From contig OZ024741.1 of the NCBI GenBank assembly GCA_964016885.1, positions 30,814,001-30,878,000 of the forward strand: a stretch of 64,000 nt of DNA, written 5' to 3'. Positions within the stretch are counted from its first letter, which is position 1, and the number at the start of each line of letters is the position of its first letter. Shown here piece by piece: positions 31,757 to 45,310 of this stretch. This DNA comes from Eledone cirrhosa (Eukaryota). The notes below the pieces were generated by a model. The model saw nothing but the letters and a program-made list of their open reading frames with translations. It made no database searches and was not told where the DNA came from. Position numbers and translations under genes: made by a program.

Positions 31757-33059
31757 TAAAATAGCATTGTTCAAAATAGAAAGATATGTGAAGGCATATT
31801 TGTGTCTAATAAGCATACATATGTCGCGATATGAATGTTTTAAGCTGTGATCATATCACAGCTGATTCAATAGCCGCGTGAAGAGGTCAAACACGTGTTT
31901 CTTAGTATGCATCCATCATTAGTGATTTGCTACTAAGACAAGAATGAGCTATAACTGATGTAATTCTTTGCGTATAAAGCATCTGGTGTAGACACGTATT
32001 TGCATAACATAAATAATCTAGCACATATATAATCTCCTCTAACTGCGCTTCAGTCTTTACACAGAAATATGTCAAACACACATGCTTTTGTATTAATAGC
32101 TTTTCTAGATTTTCTCTAGCCATGATCTCTGTGAAAATTATCAAGAGGCTTTGCGCAACTTGTCTAAAAATATATATTATTACATACCTAGTTGTTTTCT
32201 CTTTCTCCTTCATTCCTATCTCCGTGTCTGTAAATATTTCACAGATATTCTTATTTATTCAAAACGAATCAATACAGAAGTTGCACATTTCTTTTACTTA
32301 TTCAATATTTCTCTCCACTTGAAATATATTGAATATTTTTATTATTTTTAAAAATATTTATTTAGTTTTGTTTTAGTAAAAGTGAAGTATTTGTACAAAA
32401 TTAAAATAAGTGTTTAGTTATCGAGCTTCTAATATAGTTTGCTTTTCTCGGCCACTTTATTATAGTTGACAATTTCTTACACATCAAGTGTATTGCATTT
32501 ACATTGTGTTGGAAAGCTTGGCAAAAACATTTCTATTATTAGTAGCAATTATTGTAAACAAATGCAAAGAAAAAGCAGACAAATAAATAATTAATGCGCC
32601 TGAAAATATATTAATGCGAATAGAGTATATGTATAACTGCATGAGAATGTTTAGTTAATAAACAATTGTGTGGATAAATTAATGTACGCGCTTCTCTCTC
32701 TTTTCTTTTTTTTTACTCTCCCGTTCTCTCTCTTTCTCTCTTGGTTATGTATAATTATATTCTCATAGAAATTAGCGTACATGAACACAAATGTATATGC
32801 GTGCATATGTGTAAATTTGATAGAACTGTCTTGTCTTACTCAAACATAGAGGTTTGTTGTTATATGTAAATACCTATACAAAATTCTTTGCAGCATTTAG
32901 TAATAATTTACTAAGTTCTGAGATCAAATCCCTTCGCGGTCAATACAGTGTCGACAGAATAAAATACAAGTAAATTACTGGAGTCGATTTAATCGAATAT
33001 CCATACCTCCAAAATTGCTGACCTTGCACCTGAATTAAAGATCATTCTATATGTATAAT

Positions 33060-34060
33060 TTCCAACAATGCATGAAGAAAATCATCAACAAAAACCGGGG
33101 AGAAATGGGCCATTGAGAAAATCAAACACAACCCCAAAGTGTTCTTTTCATTTGCAAAAATCCTCAAGGTCATGTTGGCCCTCTGATTGATGAACATGGC
33201 ACTCTCCAAGGCGATGCTAAAACCATTGCTGAGATACTGCAGAAACAATACTGTTCTAATTTCAGCAATCCTGATATGGCTAATATGGGCTCTACCAATT
33301 ATGTTAATCCCCAATACACAATACCGTATAAGTTTGGTGCTTCTGATGTCTTAGCAGCAATAAAACTAATTAAACACAACTCAGCAATAGGCCCCGATAG
33401 GTTCCCTGCCAGTGTCTTGAAGGTGTGTCGATACCAACTTGCATCTCCTCCAGCTGCTCTATGAAGGAACTCACTGCACGCTGGCTATATACCTGAAACC
33501 TTCTGTCCCAGTCTGTTGTTCCAGTCTTTAAAAAGGGAAATAAGCCCCTTGCAATGATTTACCGTCCGATCTCATTCACCTCTCATATCATTCAGGTATT
33601 TGAGAGTACGGTGAGATCACGAATAACTCACATTCTTGATAGCAACAATCTGCTGAACTCCAACCAACATCGGTTCCGTAATGGAAGGCACAACCTAACG
33701 TAGCTAATGCATCAATTTGATGATATTTTCAGAGCTTTGGGAGAGGGCTCCAGCACTGGTGTCATCCACCTTGATTTCAGCAAGTCTTTTGACAGGGTTG
33801 GTCACAACATTCTACTGAAACTTTCTATCCAGCCTTAGTGACTCTGGAAAGTTACTGCAATGGATCAAGTGTTTCATGGAGTACAATCGAGCCCAGCCAA
33901 AGTCACAAGTGGTTTCTTTACTTTATCGCTATCAATTACATAACTGACGTCACCAAGCACAGCAACATAAGAAACTTTGCAGATGATTCCAGCGTCCAGA
34001 TGGTAATCCATGGTGTGGGTAGGCGGACATGATCTCAATCAGATCTACTTGCTTTTATCC
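33060..34060 (+). pseudogene. decayed CR1/L2-group LINE RT
   Basis: AIGPDRFPASVLK, VFKKG, YRPISFTS, NQHRFRNG, LDFSKSFDRVGH, NFADDS. Many frameshifts. Confidence 0.8.
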
Positions 34061-34321
34061 AACTGTCGTTCCCCATGCAGTCTAGCAACGATATGCTATG
34101 TCGGATACGTGTTCAACTTCTCCCATGATTCCAAAGTTATCTCCTCCCGATGAAGGAAATTTAATTGTTCCAATATTATTTATTCCATTGATTTGAAATG
34201 AGTAATGTTGTTTTTTGAGTTCCAGAAACCATGATCATGGAACTGTATAAGTAAAAACAACTTATTTCAGCCGGACTAACTCATAAGCCCCCAAATTGAG
34301 ATTGTGCGTTACGTCTTAGAT

Positions 34322-34379
<58 letters not shown>

Positions 34380-34382
34380 AAG

Positions 34383-35681
34383 AAAATATGGAGAAAAATA
34401 CTGCAGGTAGCGCATGGATAACATGTAATAAAATGAGTCCCTCATCAGTGATTTGCCGACGATCATAGATATATCATTGCATTAAAAATCATATACCTCA
34501 CGTCGGTGCAATAATAACTAAAATAAGTTATTAGGACAATTAAAACGCGTAAAGCGAGTGAGACAGGAGAACAACAAAGAGTATAGCTAACCGTAGGGGA
34601 ATGAAACAAGCTTCATAATTATTCTGTTTAACATAAGCTAGGTGAATATATGAGCGCTTTAGAAAAAAGACCTGACACGAACGAGGGCCATGTGAGAAGA
34701 GAGAAAAATATAGCTTTCGTCGTGTACAGGATGAAGCGAAGAGAGGAGAAACAGTGAGTGAGTGAAAGTGTGAGGAAGAGCTAACTGACATGACAGAGGG
34801 GGCGAAAGAAAGTAGGAGAAACAGAGAGAATGGGGGCACAGTAAGAGAGAGAGAGAAAAACACAGAATCGCAGTTTGGGTAAATATATGTAATAAAATAT
34901 GGAGAAAAATACTGCAGGTAGCGCATGGATAACATGTAATAAAATGAGTTCTTCATCAGTGATTTGCCGACGATCATAGATATTTCATTGCATTAAAAAT
35001 CATATACCTCACGTCGGTGCAATAATAACTAAAATAAGTTATTAGGACAATTAAAACGCGTAAAGCGAGTGAGACAGGAGAACAACAAAGAGTATAGCTA
35101 ACCGTAGGGGAATGAAACAAGCTTCATAATTATTCTGTTTAACATAAGCTAGGTGAATATATGAGCGCTTTAGAAAAAAGACCTGACACGAACGAGGGCC
35201 ATGTGAGAAGAGAGAAAAATATAGCTTTCGTCGTGTACAGGATGAAGCGAAGAGAGGAGAAACAGTGAGTGAGTGAAAGTGTGAGGAAGAGCTAACTGAC
35301 ATGACAGAGGGGGCGAAAGAAAGTAGGAGAAACAGAGAGAATGGGGGAACAGTAAGAGAGAGAGAGAAAAACACAGAATCGCAGTTTGGGTAAATATATG
35401 TAATAAAATATGGAGAAAAATACTGCAGGTAGCGCATGGATAACATGTAATAAAATGAGTTCCTCATCAGTGATTTGCCGACGATCATAGATATTTCATT
35501 GCATTAAAAATCATATACCTCACGTCGGTGCAATAATAACTAAAATAAGTTATTAGGACAATTAAAACGCGTAAAGCGAGTGAGACAGGAGAACAACAAA
35601 GAGTATAGCTAACCGTAGGGGAATGAAACAAGCTTCATAATTATTCTGTTTAGCATTAGCTAGGTGAATATATGAGCGCTT
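34383..35681. repeat. 511-bp tandem repeat, about 2.5 near-identical units, microsatellite-flanked
   Basis: Unit starts at 34383, 34894 and 35405. Confidence 0.95.
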
Positions 35682-35689
35682 ATATATAT

Positions 35690-35877
35690 AACGAAGGAAG
35701 TGTGGTAAGGAACCAGATGGACAATAACTCACCTGAGTACTAAATACTTAGCGTAGTAGAGTGGATAATAAGAAACAGTTTAACCCCGACGGCAGAGCTC
35801 AAGCCGTTTCGATGGCTATTTCTGAAATCGCAGTCGAAACGGCTTGAGCTCTGCCGTCGGGGTTAAACTTTTTCCTA
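35690..35877 (-). mobile_element. family A fold-back element
   Basis: Homologous to 22123-22331. Palindrome ccccgacggcagagctcaagccgtttcga...tcgaaacggcttgagctctgccgtcgggg. Confidence 0.8.
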
Positions 35878-35894
35878 TATATATATATATATAT

Positions 35895-36720
35895 ATAAAT
35901 ATAAGTATGTATACGTACATACATATATGTATACAGACGTACAGTAGTATGTATATATATATATATATATACATACATGCACACATATATATATATATAT
36001 ATATGTACGTATGGATTCACCGAACATTTATTATAATGCTCGGTTTGTTTGTAAACAAACATCCCGAATTAAAGCCGTACAGTGTTTAGCAACCATCGTT
36101 GCCCTTTTGTTCAACACTGACAAAGGAACGATGTACTAGTTTCAAGCTTATTAGCTATCGTCAGCACCGTGTACCTTCCTGCCAGATGATTGAAAGTCTG
36201 AAAGTATATACTTTCCTTATGCATATTAACGGCTGAGCAGCCACATTTGCATATCGAGTGAGTTAATCGGATGGGCGCACCGAAAACGATAAATGGAAAA
36301 AATGAAAAAATGAAAAAATGAAACGAAATTTCATTTCTCACTCACTCTTAGTACGGCTGTTACTTAAATATAAGTATGTATACGTACATATATGTATACA
36401 GACGTACAGTGGTATGTATATATATACATACATGCACACATATATATATATGTACGTATGGATTCACTGACAAAGGAACGATGTACTAGTCTCAAGCTTA
36501 TTAGCTATTGTCAGCACCGTATACCTTCCTGCCAGATGATTCAACGTCTGAAAATAACAGCCGTACTAAGAGTGTGTGAGAAATGAAATTTCGTTTCATT
36601 TTTTCATTTTTTCATTTTTTCATTTTTTCATTTTTTCATTTTTTCATTTTTTCATTTTTTCATTTTTTCATTTTTTCATTTTTTCATTTTTTCATTTTTT
36701 TCATTTTTTCCATTTTCATA
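35895..36720 (-). mobile_element. family B, about 1.4 antisense units plus short inverted part ending in (CATTTTTT)n
   Basis: Homology to 1945-2395. Intact HHR at 36128-36170 and a mutated one at 36478-36520. Confidence 0.85.
36128..36170 (-). ncRNA. family B hammerhead
   Basis: Minus strand: acggtg CTGACGA tagctaataagctt GAAA CTAG TA catcgt. Stem I differs on both strands from the other copies yet still pairs. Confidence 0.8.
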
Positions 36721-36911
36721 TATATATATATATATATGCATCCACTGAGTGTAACGTCAAGGTACTGTAGGTTCACCCAGGTGAACAGTCGATGTTAAGA
36801 TTCACGTTTGTAACGAGGTGTAGAGCTGAGCATTCTGTTATTACCACACTAGAGCCCCAACGACATTTTGATTCCAGAGTCAGGCCAGATCGCTGATCAA
36901 TAGCGAAACGC

Positions 36912-37292
36912 CAGAGGGGTGGACACCATGCTGCTTTGCAGCATAGTGTTACGGCCCTTCATAATCTGAGTTCAACTCCCGCCGAGGTAAACTTTGCCCC
37001 TCATCCTTACAGGGTCGATAAAATAAAGTGCCAGTAATACACTGGGTTAATTGCTGGCCTTGTGCCAAAAGTAGAAACAATTATATGGTTGTGTGGTAAG
37101 AGAATTGGATTCGCAATCGTGAGGTTGTCCTTCGATTCCCCGACCGGGTGATGCGTTATGTCCTTGAGCAAGACAGTTTATTTCACGTTGCTCCTTCTAC
37201 CTGGAGTTGCGACCGATCGATAGTATTAGCAATTGGAAGACCCATGGAAACATTGTTTCCTCGGTCCAATTTGGCGAAAGTCGATCGACTGA
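36912..37292 (+). mobile_element. SINE family 1 followed by SINE family 2
   Basis: Family 1 body to about 37084. Family 2 at 37085-37292 matches 5116-5335. Confidence 0.82.
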
Positions 37293-37317
37293 CGATATAT
37301 ATATATATATATATATA

Positions 37318-38372
37318 AGAGGTTACACAACAGTTAGTTCACCATACCGAGAACAAGTTTCACCTTAGCGGTTCCTCAACTCGTAATGGACAGGGTTATA
37401 CGGAACGGGAAGGACAACCGTACGAACGCGCATGCGCAGAAACGGTCACTTCACCCAGACAATACTAAATAGCGTGCGTCTATAATAGACAAACTATCTG
37501 GTTCTCTCCTCCTTTCTCACTCAAATTTAAAACCAATGTAGCCACAAAATTTCGTAGATAGACACTTCCCCATACGTCATAAATACCGCTCCATCTTTAA
37601 CCGACACAAAGTAAAACTAGGATACTCCTGCGCTAAGAACATGAAGGCCCACATCACCAACAGCCCTAAGAGCAACACCCCACCAGGGTGCTCTTGCCGA
37701 AAGCCCGAAGCTTGTCCCCTTCAACGGCAATGCAACACACCCTCTGTAGTTTATGAAACTGTGGTCACTTCCAACCGACCAAATCAACCACAGGATGTCA
37801 AATCCTATGTGGGTATGGCGGCGGGCCGATTTAAGTAACGCTTCCTGAACCATTAGTCGACCTTTAGGTACCCGAACAGACGTTCATCCACGAAACTCGC
37901 GAGCCACGTATGGTCCCTGAAGTATAGACTACTCCATTCAATGGAAAGCCATCACTAAGTCCAAGCCATAGGCAAGGGGCAATCCGTCGTGTTGACTATG
38001 TATTGATGAACGAATAAATATGCTAAAGAGATTACGCAATAGCGATTGCCTAAATTCAAGGAATTAATTTTTCACACGTTGTCCACACGTCTGGAAACAG
38101 ATCTTACGTAACTACAAAGCTCCGGATTGAATTGCAACAACATCCACATTTTCTTATCAACTTGAAACTTTCGGACTTTCGCAGTTATCTCCCTTAAACC
38201 TCTCGCATGCAATTTAGTATTGCCTCGATGAAGTGACCGTTTCTGCGCATGCCTGTTCATACGGTTCCGTATAACCATGTCCCGTTCCGTATAACCATGT
38301 CCATTGCGAGTTGAGGATCCGCTAAGATGAAACAATTGTTCTCGGTATGGTGAACTAACTGTTGTGTAACTA
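37318..38372 (+). mobile_element. older truncated Naiad-type PLE with inverted termini
   Basis: Decayed ORF at about 37497-38132: SIFNRHKVKLGYSCAKNM, CSCRKPEACPLQRQC, VVY...SYVG, C*LC, LNSR, CPH. 37320-37470 is inverted relative to 38212-38371. Confidence 0.85.
38307..38344 (+). ncRNA. minimal hammerhead, U3 (C3U) core variant
   Basis: cgag TTGAGGA tccgctaagat GAAA C-aatt-G TT ctcg. The mirror copy at 37348-37383 (minus) has a better stem II, acc/ggt. Confidence 0.65.
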
Positions 38373-38439
38373 CTTCTACCTAAATCGTCCCATGGACTGA
38401 GTGCTCTCCCATTACAGATATTACCTTCCAGTGTTCTAC

Positions 38440-38475
<36 letters not shown>

Positions 38476-39834
38476 ATCATCAATCTTTCTATCGATGTAT
38501 CTATCTATCTCTGTCTCTATCGGCCTCTCTCCCCCACACCCACAAGTTATTTTAGCACAGATTTCCTCTACTATATACCACTCATTATGCAATAGTTATC
38601 CTGCATACACTATGTGGACCTATGAACTTGTATGACAAGTAATGTGAGTAGCTGTCTACTTAATATGACTTTTAACGTTCAATACTGAAGTTATCATTCA
38701 GTTAATAAATGCTACTGGCACTGAATGTATGATTGTTCATATAACCTGTGATTCTTTATCTTCCAGGATATATTATTATTTTTGTTGCTGTTGCTGTCAT
38801 GTATTATTATTGATGTTGTTGTTGATGATGAGCATGATGATGATGACGATGATTATGATGATGATGATGATGATGGTGATGATAGGAGCGCCATTGGATA
38901 TTTAATTAAGCATTTAACTTGTGAATGACAGTGTAAATGATTGAGTATTTTCCATATTCGTGTATTGTTATTGTAATTCCACAAGCAAGTAGGCATGACA
39001 CCATACATGACAAGTCTGGACGTCTGCATTACTGATATTTCGCATTCGACGGATTTCTAGTTTCCTACTAGAAAATTTCATTCACAATGCGTTGGTCGAT
39101 GTGAGGCGAGAGTAAAGTCACTAAGTAAATATGCAACTCACTATGATTAAATCTTGAACCTTTTAGTTACGAAGAGAATTTCATGAACTCTCAGTCATGT
39201 CTGCGTGCATTCCTCTTTAACATGCCTAACACAATGTTGTCTCCTATAGTTATTTTGTTTATACAAGTCGTGTACTGGTGGTGATTTAAATTATTTTGCT
39301 CTATCTTGCACCTACATTGGAAAGAATATTAGTATTATAATGTGTATTATCATTTGAAACTTACGTTGAATTTTGCTTCATTCCCATATCTTGCCAAGTG
39401 TCAACATGACACTCGAGGCACAATTCCGTAATACACACATTTTTGTCATACAAATGATGCCACAAAGGCATAGAAAACATTAAATATATGTGAAAATGTT
39501 TTAAATTGATAATGTCCTTCTCGGGACAAGGACGGTACCAGTCAGCACTATTTTCTGTATCTCTTACAGAGATGCCTTTCCAGGTATCTGGTCCAAATAT
39601 TTTTCAGCACCTTCTTTATCATTCGAATACACCGAGTATCAGTGGTATTCTACCGGCCTTAAGATGTCACATCCTTATGATGCCAGATCTTAATACTTAA
39701 TGAGCTTTCTTTGTACGAGATGTTACAATTTGATGGAATGCTCATGTCAATTAAGAAACACGTGCTCGTCTTATGGTCCTCCACAATTATATTAGCTCCG
39801 GTGGGCTTGATTGTTCTATATTTATTATTTTAAA

Positions 39835-40190
39835 GGGCCATAGAGTTATGGCCCTTTCCGTAATGTGTTCAAATCCCGCCGAAGTTATATTTGCATGTCA
39901 TTTTTATGGGGTCGATAAAATAAAGCACCAGTGATGCACTGGGGTGGATTTAATCGATTCCCCTCACACACATTACTGGTCTTGTGCCTATAGTAGAGAT
40001 CAGTGGATTGGCAGTATCGGTAGAGGCTCGGAGGCCATGCTTTCCAGCAAAGATTTACGGCCCTTTATGGTCTGAGTTCAAATCCCACCGAGGTTAACTT
40101 TGCCTTTCATCCTTGCCGGGTCGATAAAATAAAGTACCAGTAATACACTGGATTAATTGCTGGCCTTGTGCCAAAAGTAGAAACAATTAT
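39835..40190 (+). mobile_element. two SINE family 1 copies
   Basis: Consensus motifs as at 10550-11645, followed by (AGT)n. Confidence 0.85.
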
Positions 40191-40192
40191 TT

Positions 40193-40229
<37 letters not shown>

Positions 40230-40401
40230 CAGCAGAGCAACAGTAATAGTAGTAGTAGTAGTAGTAGCAGTAGCAGTAGTAGTAGCAGCAGCAGCAGTAG
40301 TAGAAGTAGTAGTAGTAGTATAGCAGCAGCTGTAATATTAGTAGTAGTAGTAGTAGAAGCAGTAGTAGTAGTAGTAGTAGTAGTAGCAGCAACAGCAGCA
40401 T

Positions 40402-40467
<66 letters not shown>

Positions 40468-40468
40468 C

Positions 40469-40503
<35 letters not shown>
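40193..40503. repeat. (AGT/AGC)n microsatellite
   Basis: Direct reading. Confidence 0.95.
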
Positions 40504-41082
40504 AATCGCTAATAGTATAAATGTGTGCATTCTACTATTTGACATTAATTCTGTTGTTTAATTAATGCATTTATGACAACTTGTTGATTGCAAATTTTCC
40601 ATTCTCGCCATCGGTCAGACATGGTAATGTTGAAATGAAGGAAGTATTATTCCAATACATTCAATCAGCCTTATATTACATTAGAGTCATAAACTTGATT
40701 AAAATTCCATTACCTTTCAAATAATTTTATATAATTCAAGATATCATATCATCACTAGAATTTATTTGATTTTGACAATTGATTCCACTGACCAAAAGGC
40801 TGCGAGTTGATCTTATTTGAATGTTTGGAATAAATTGAAGAGTTCAAACTGAAAGGTTTGCTACTGTATTAATCTTTGACATTTCGCTCTTGAAGCGATA
40901 GTGACTAGTTCATGATATGGAATTCAAATCAGCACAGCTTGTACCTTTCTCTACACAAATTGGCGCTAGTTTAGCTGTGTATAAGAAAATCGGTTGGGAA
41001 AAGAACAGATTCGGCTTTTGACCAACTGCCTGGCACATTGAGCAAGTATCTAGCAGCAAGTGGTGCAAGTTGACCAATGATA

Positions 41083-41083
<1 letters not shown>

Positions 41084-41113
<30 letters not shown>

Positions 41114-41430
41114 CTTCTTCTTCTTCTTCTTCTTCTTCTTCTTCTTCTTCTTCTTCTTCTTCTTCTTCTTCTCCGGGCACCTTGACCCTGGGTCTCCTGT
41201 CGTTTGGTCTCGCCCGTAAAATATGTTAAGCGATTCTTTCCTGGGACATTCTAACCTCGTCTCCATATTATTCGAGCTGTGATCCCTTAGTTCGGAGAAG
41301 TAGCAGCTCTCTCTTGAGTGACTCTCTGACATCCAAGCTAGGCACTCTATCAAGTAACGTTACTCCAAAGAACCTTCGGAGGAATCCCATTTCGGCCGCT
41401 TGTATTCGCGTTCTTACTCTCTCTATCATT
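41084..41430 (-). mobile_element. 3' fragment of an RTE-clade (Rex3/Expander-like) LINE with (GAA)n tail
   Basis: RTRIQAAEMGFLRRFFGVTLLDRVPSLDVRESL, followed on the minus strand by about 29 GAA repeats. Confidence 0.75.
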
Positions 41431-41456
41431 ACCACAAATTCACACACACACACAAA

Positions 41457-41495
<39 letters not shown>

Positions 41496-43336
41496 ACACA
41501 CACACACACATACACATACACACACAGTCACACATACACACACATATATATATATATATATACGATATTAACACATGGAAACTATATTTATAAAACCATA
41601 TTTATTTCATTATACATATTTCAAGGATACCAAGTTAAATTATGGTATGCCTTCATCAGACAAAATACAATATATACCAGTTTTATAAATAAAGATTGAC
41701 GTACCATTTCAAAATGCGACCGTTACTTTTGGAAGACATCAGGATAGTGGTTTGTTTATTTTAGTAAGTTGTTGTGTTAAGGATAAGTAAAAAGACGGAG
41801 AGAGAGAGAGAAACGTGGAGAAAAGAAAGGGAGAGATAAATAAAGAAAAAGAGGAAAGAAAAAAGAAAAAAGAAAAAAGAAAAAAGAAAAAAGAAAAAAG
41901 AAAAAAAGAAAAAAGAAAAAAGAAAAAAGAAAAAAGAAAAAAAGAAAAAAGAAAAAAGAAAAAAGTAAAAAGAAAAAAAGAAAAAAGAAAAAAAGAAAAC
42001 AGAGGAAAACAACATAGAGATATGAAACCACCAGACAGAGAGAAAAAACTCAAGAGAGAGAAATATAGAGATAGAGAGAGGGGGAGAGAACGAAAACCTT
42101 AAGTCATGTCATATTAAGTTGAGTTAAGATGAAATGAATAAATAAAATTAGAAATATTAATATTCATGAATGGAATATACATATATAATATGAGAAATTA
42201 ATCATTGTTTAATTATGATTAAATATTTAGTTTAAAAATTGAGATCAATATATTAAAAATTGGAATTTAAACATTACAAAATATATATATGGCTAGAGAA
42301 ATTACCTATCGTATAGCACGTAGATATAGGCAAAGATACATAAATATATATATATATACACATACACTCAGAAAATACACATTATATCTACTCCCGCATA
42401 TAATATATACATACAAAGCATAAGTGATTTTTTTTATTACTGCTATACATTCCTTGTGTTATTAAATAAACATTTTTAGTATATATATATAAATATATAG
42501 GATTAACTTTCTTGCATTTATGGCTGTTAAATTATGTATATCTGCAATCAAAACTGCATGGGTAAGCATGTACATGTACACACACAATTCTTAGATATAC
42601 ATATATAAATATGTGTGTGCATCTTCCCCCAATTGGTAGACACGCGTCACTCATGCATATATACAGACAGACATATACTCATAAAAAAGCATATAACACA
42701 TGCATATGTATGTTAATACACATATATAGATACATAGTCGTATAGAGATAAGTATACATCAATATATTACATAGTACAATTGAGTATATAAAATACAAAA
42801 GAATTATATTTTGGAAATATAATTATATCAATATAAGACAAACGAATTCTACAAATATAAAAATATTAAAATATTTTAAAATATTATAGAATATTTTAAG
42901 TTAAAATAAATAATATGTTTAATAGTATAAAAATTTACCTTACGTATATTTTAATCAAGATATTGAAGGATACACTTTTGAAAATTATGAGAAGCTATCA
43001 GAATAAAAACAACCTAATAAAAAATAAATAAAATATTATATCAATATAACTTAAAAAACAAGGATTCTACAGATATTAAAATATTTTAAAATATTATAGA
43101 ATATTTTAAGCTAAAATAATATGTTTAATATATTTAGTATAGACATTTATCTTACGCATATTTTATTCAAGATATTGAAAGGATAAACTTTTCTAGAATA
43201 GTTTATTATATTTATATTTATATTTAGGAAGAAAATTTATACTTGAGTACTTAACCAAAGAAAATGAAAAAGGTGAAGGAATCTAATGATTTATCGACAG
43301 GTTTCATATATTAACCAAATTACTTAATTAATTATA

Positions 43337-45310
43337 CTACATTTTAAATTTATATTTATATTTAAACGTTGAGTTCAATCTATGTCTGCAGCAACTGAAT
43401 AAATTACTCCTTAAATTAAGGGAATTTTTGGTCTTTAATATAAAGAGTATTTCCTCTATACAAAGATCACAATTTTCTGAAGAGGAATTAAAAGGAGTAG
43501 CTTTTGAAATAATATTCCAAATCAGCGAATATTCAACATTATCTCGTTTTAGGTCCCATAATAGGCTAGATAGCGAAGTTGAAGATTTTTTGTTTGGATC
43601 TGTAAAATAATTGTTATGATTATTGAAGCGGGATTTAAATTCTGTAGAGGTAGAACTGACATAATTAAATGAATTTAAATTAGTTTTAACATTACAATTA
43701 TAAACTATATTTTTAGCTAAGCAGTTGTTATTTAACGGACAGTTGGATTTATTTCTACAGTTACAATTATTCGATTGAATATTGTTTGGGTTATTATTGG
43801 TATTTTGGTTAGGTTTTAAATTTCTATTATTAGTTCTATTAATATTTTGCGCCAAATTTTTGGTGGAAGAGTAAGTTAATTTTATAGTATGTCTATTAAA
43901 AATTCAGTAATATCTATGTGTTCTAGGGAAGCGTTTGTCAAGAGCTTTAAAGTGTAGTTTAGCAATAGGGGTTTTAATATTTAGTGAGAAAGGAGGAGCG
44001 AACCATAATATATTCCTAGTTCTATTTCTTTTTCGGCTTTCGGAATTATTGTAATGTTTTCTATTATAGTTGTTAAAATTGTTACCATAATTAAAGTTGT
44101 TATTATTTTGGTTAGTTTGTATATTATTATTATTATCGATGTATTTAATTTTATTTCTATACCCAGCTCTACCTAACGCTTCGTTGTAATAATGCGCTTT
44201 TTCTTCAAATATATTCTTATTAGATGAAATTCTTGAAATTCGTTCTTGAACAGAGTTCACTATAGTATTTTTAACGGATCTGGGGTGATTAGAGTTAAAA
44301 TTGACATAATTTAACTTCTCATTTAGTTTGTGAAATGGATAATGAAGACATGTGTTGAGATTTAATGTTACATCTAGAAAATTGACTATTTTATGGTTAT
44401 TCTCTATTTCTACATTTAGATTAATGTAATTAAAAAATTGTATAATTTGTTTTCTTTTTCTATTTAGTTCACAGCTATTATTTTCTATAAGTAAAAGCAT
44501 GTCGTCACGATATAAGCCTCCGGTTACACCTGGTATTTTTCTATGTAGAGAATTAATTATAAATAGGCCCACAAGGTCCGTTACCTGAGCTGAGTTATGT
44601 CGAAATTATTGTTTCTATCAGCCCTAGTCCAGAGTTGGTTATTAAATTCTATTAATGTTTTTCGTGCCGATAATATAATGTGCATTTCATTGCTAGTTAG
44701 GTCTGTATGTTTAAATGCGTAAGTTAGTGCCTTATTCAGTAGATTAGGAGTGATAGATGAGTAGTAGTTAGCAATATCCAACTGAATAAACTTATTATTA
44801 TAGTTATATTTAATTTCTTTAAACCAATTGATAACCTCACTAGTCCCTTTCCATAATTTTAAGTGAGATAAATTAGGTAAATTCTTAATTTGTTGTATTA
44901 TTCTGTCTAGAATATTTTTGCTAAGTCTGCCCAGGTCAGATTTAGATGGTGCAATTAATCTGACTAGTAAATCATTTTCAAAGTTTCTTTTATGATCCTT
45001 CATATTAATCTTAGGTTTCCTTGGCATGAAGGGTTGTGTTTTATTTTCAATGTCTAGTTCATGCATTATACAAGAGGCATCTTTATTCAGTTTTTCAATT
45101 CGTCCTTATTTGCTACTTTGTATTTCTTCCTGAGTTACTTCAATATAAGGTCGTTATAAATGTCCTTTTGTATTCCGTAAAGATTATTAGTTTTGTCCGA
45201 CTCGACTAGAATTTTCTCCGTTTTCTCCAAGTTTTTAATATTATCCTTAATATCTCTTAAGTAATCTTGGCCTTTGAAGTTGTTTTTGAATTTGATGCTT
45301 TGGATGATAA
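43337..45310 (-). pseudogene. PLE reverse transcriptase plus GIY-YIG endonuclease (disrupted, 5'-truncated)
   Basis: SDKTNNLY, KDHK.NF, RLIAPSKSDLGR, LDIANYYSSI, FDITQ (following GSxxG deleted, frameshift), GLYRDD, NFLDVTL, SNHP, WFAPPFS, IFNRHTIKLTYS, CNCR..CPL..C, IVY..YVS, CDLC, CRH. Confidence 0.92.

Noticed and set aside
34540-35488. Duplicated 145-aa ORFs as paralogous genes
   Set aside because: They arise from the 511-bp tandem repeat, have S/L/F low-complexity composition and show no recognisable domain.
36884-36915. Possible hammerhead (gct gatcaat agc GAAAC)
   Set aside because: No CUGANGA box in the right position and no NUH with stem I.
43904-43906. In-frame TGA as selenocysteine (reported for some Naiads)
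   Set aside because: It falls at the K/R position before IFNR, not at a conserved Cys, and the copy has other lesions. The TGA in C*LC at about 37993 is likewise best explained as CGA decay.
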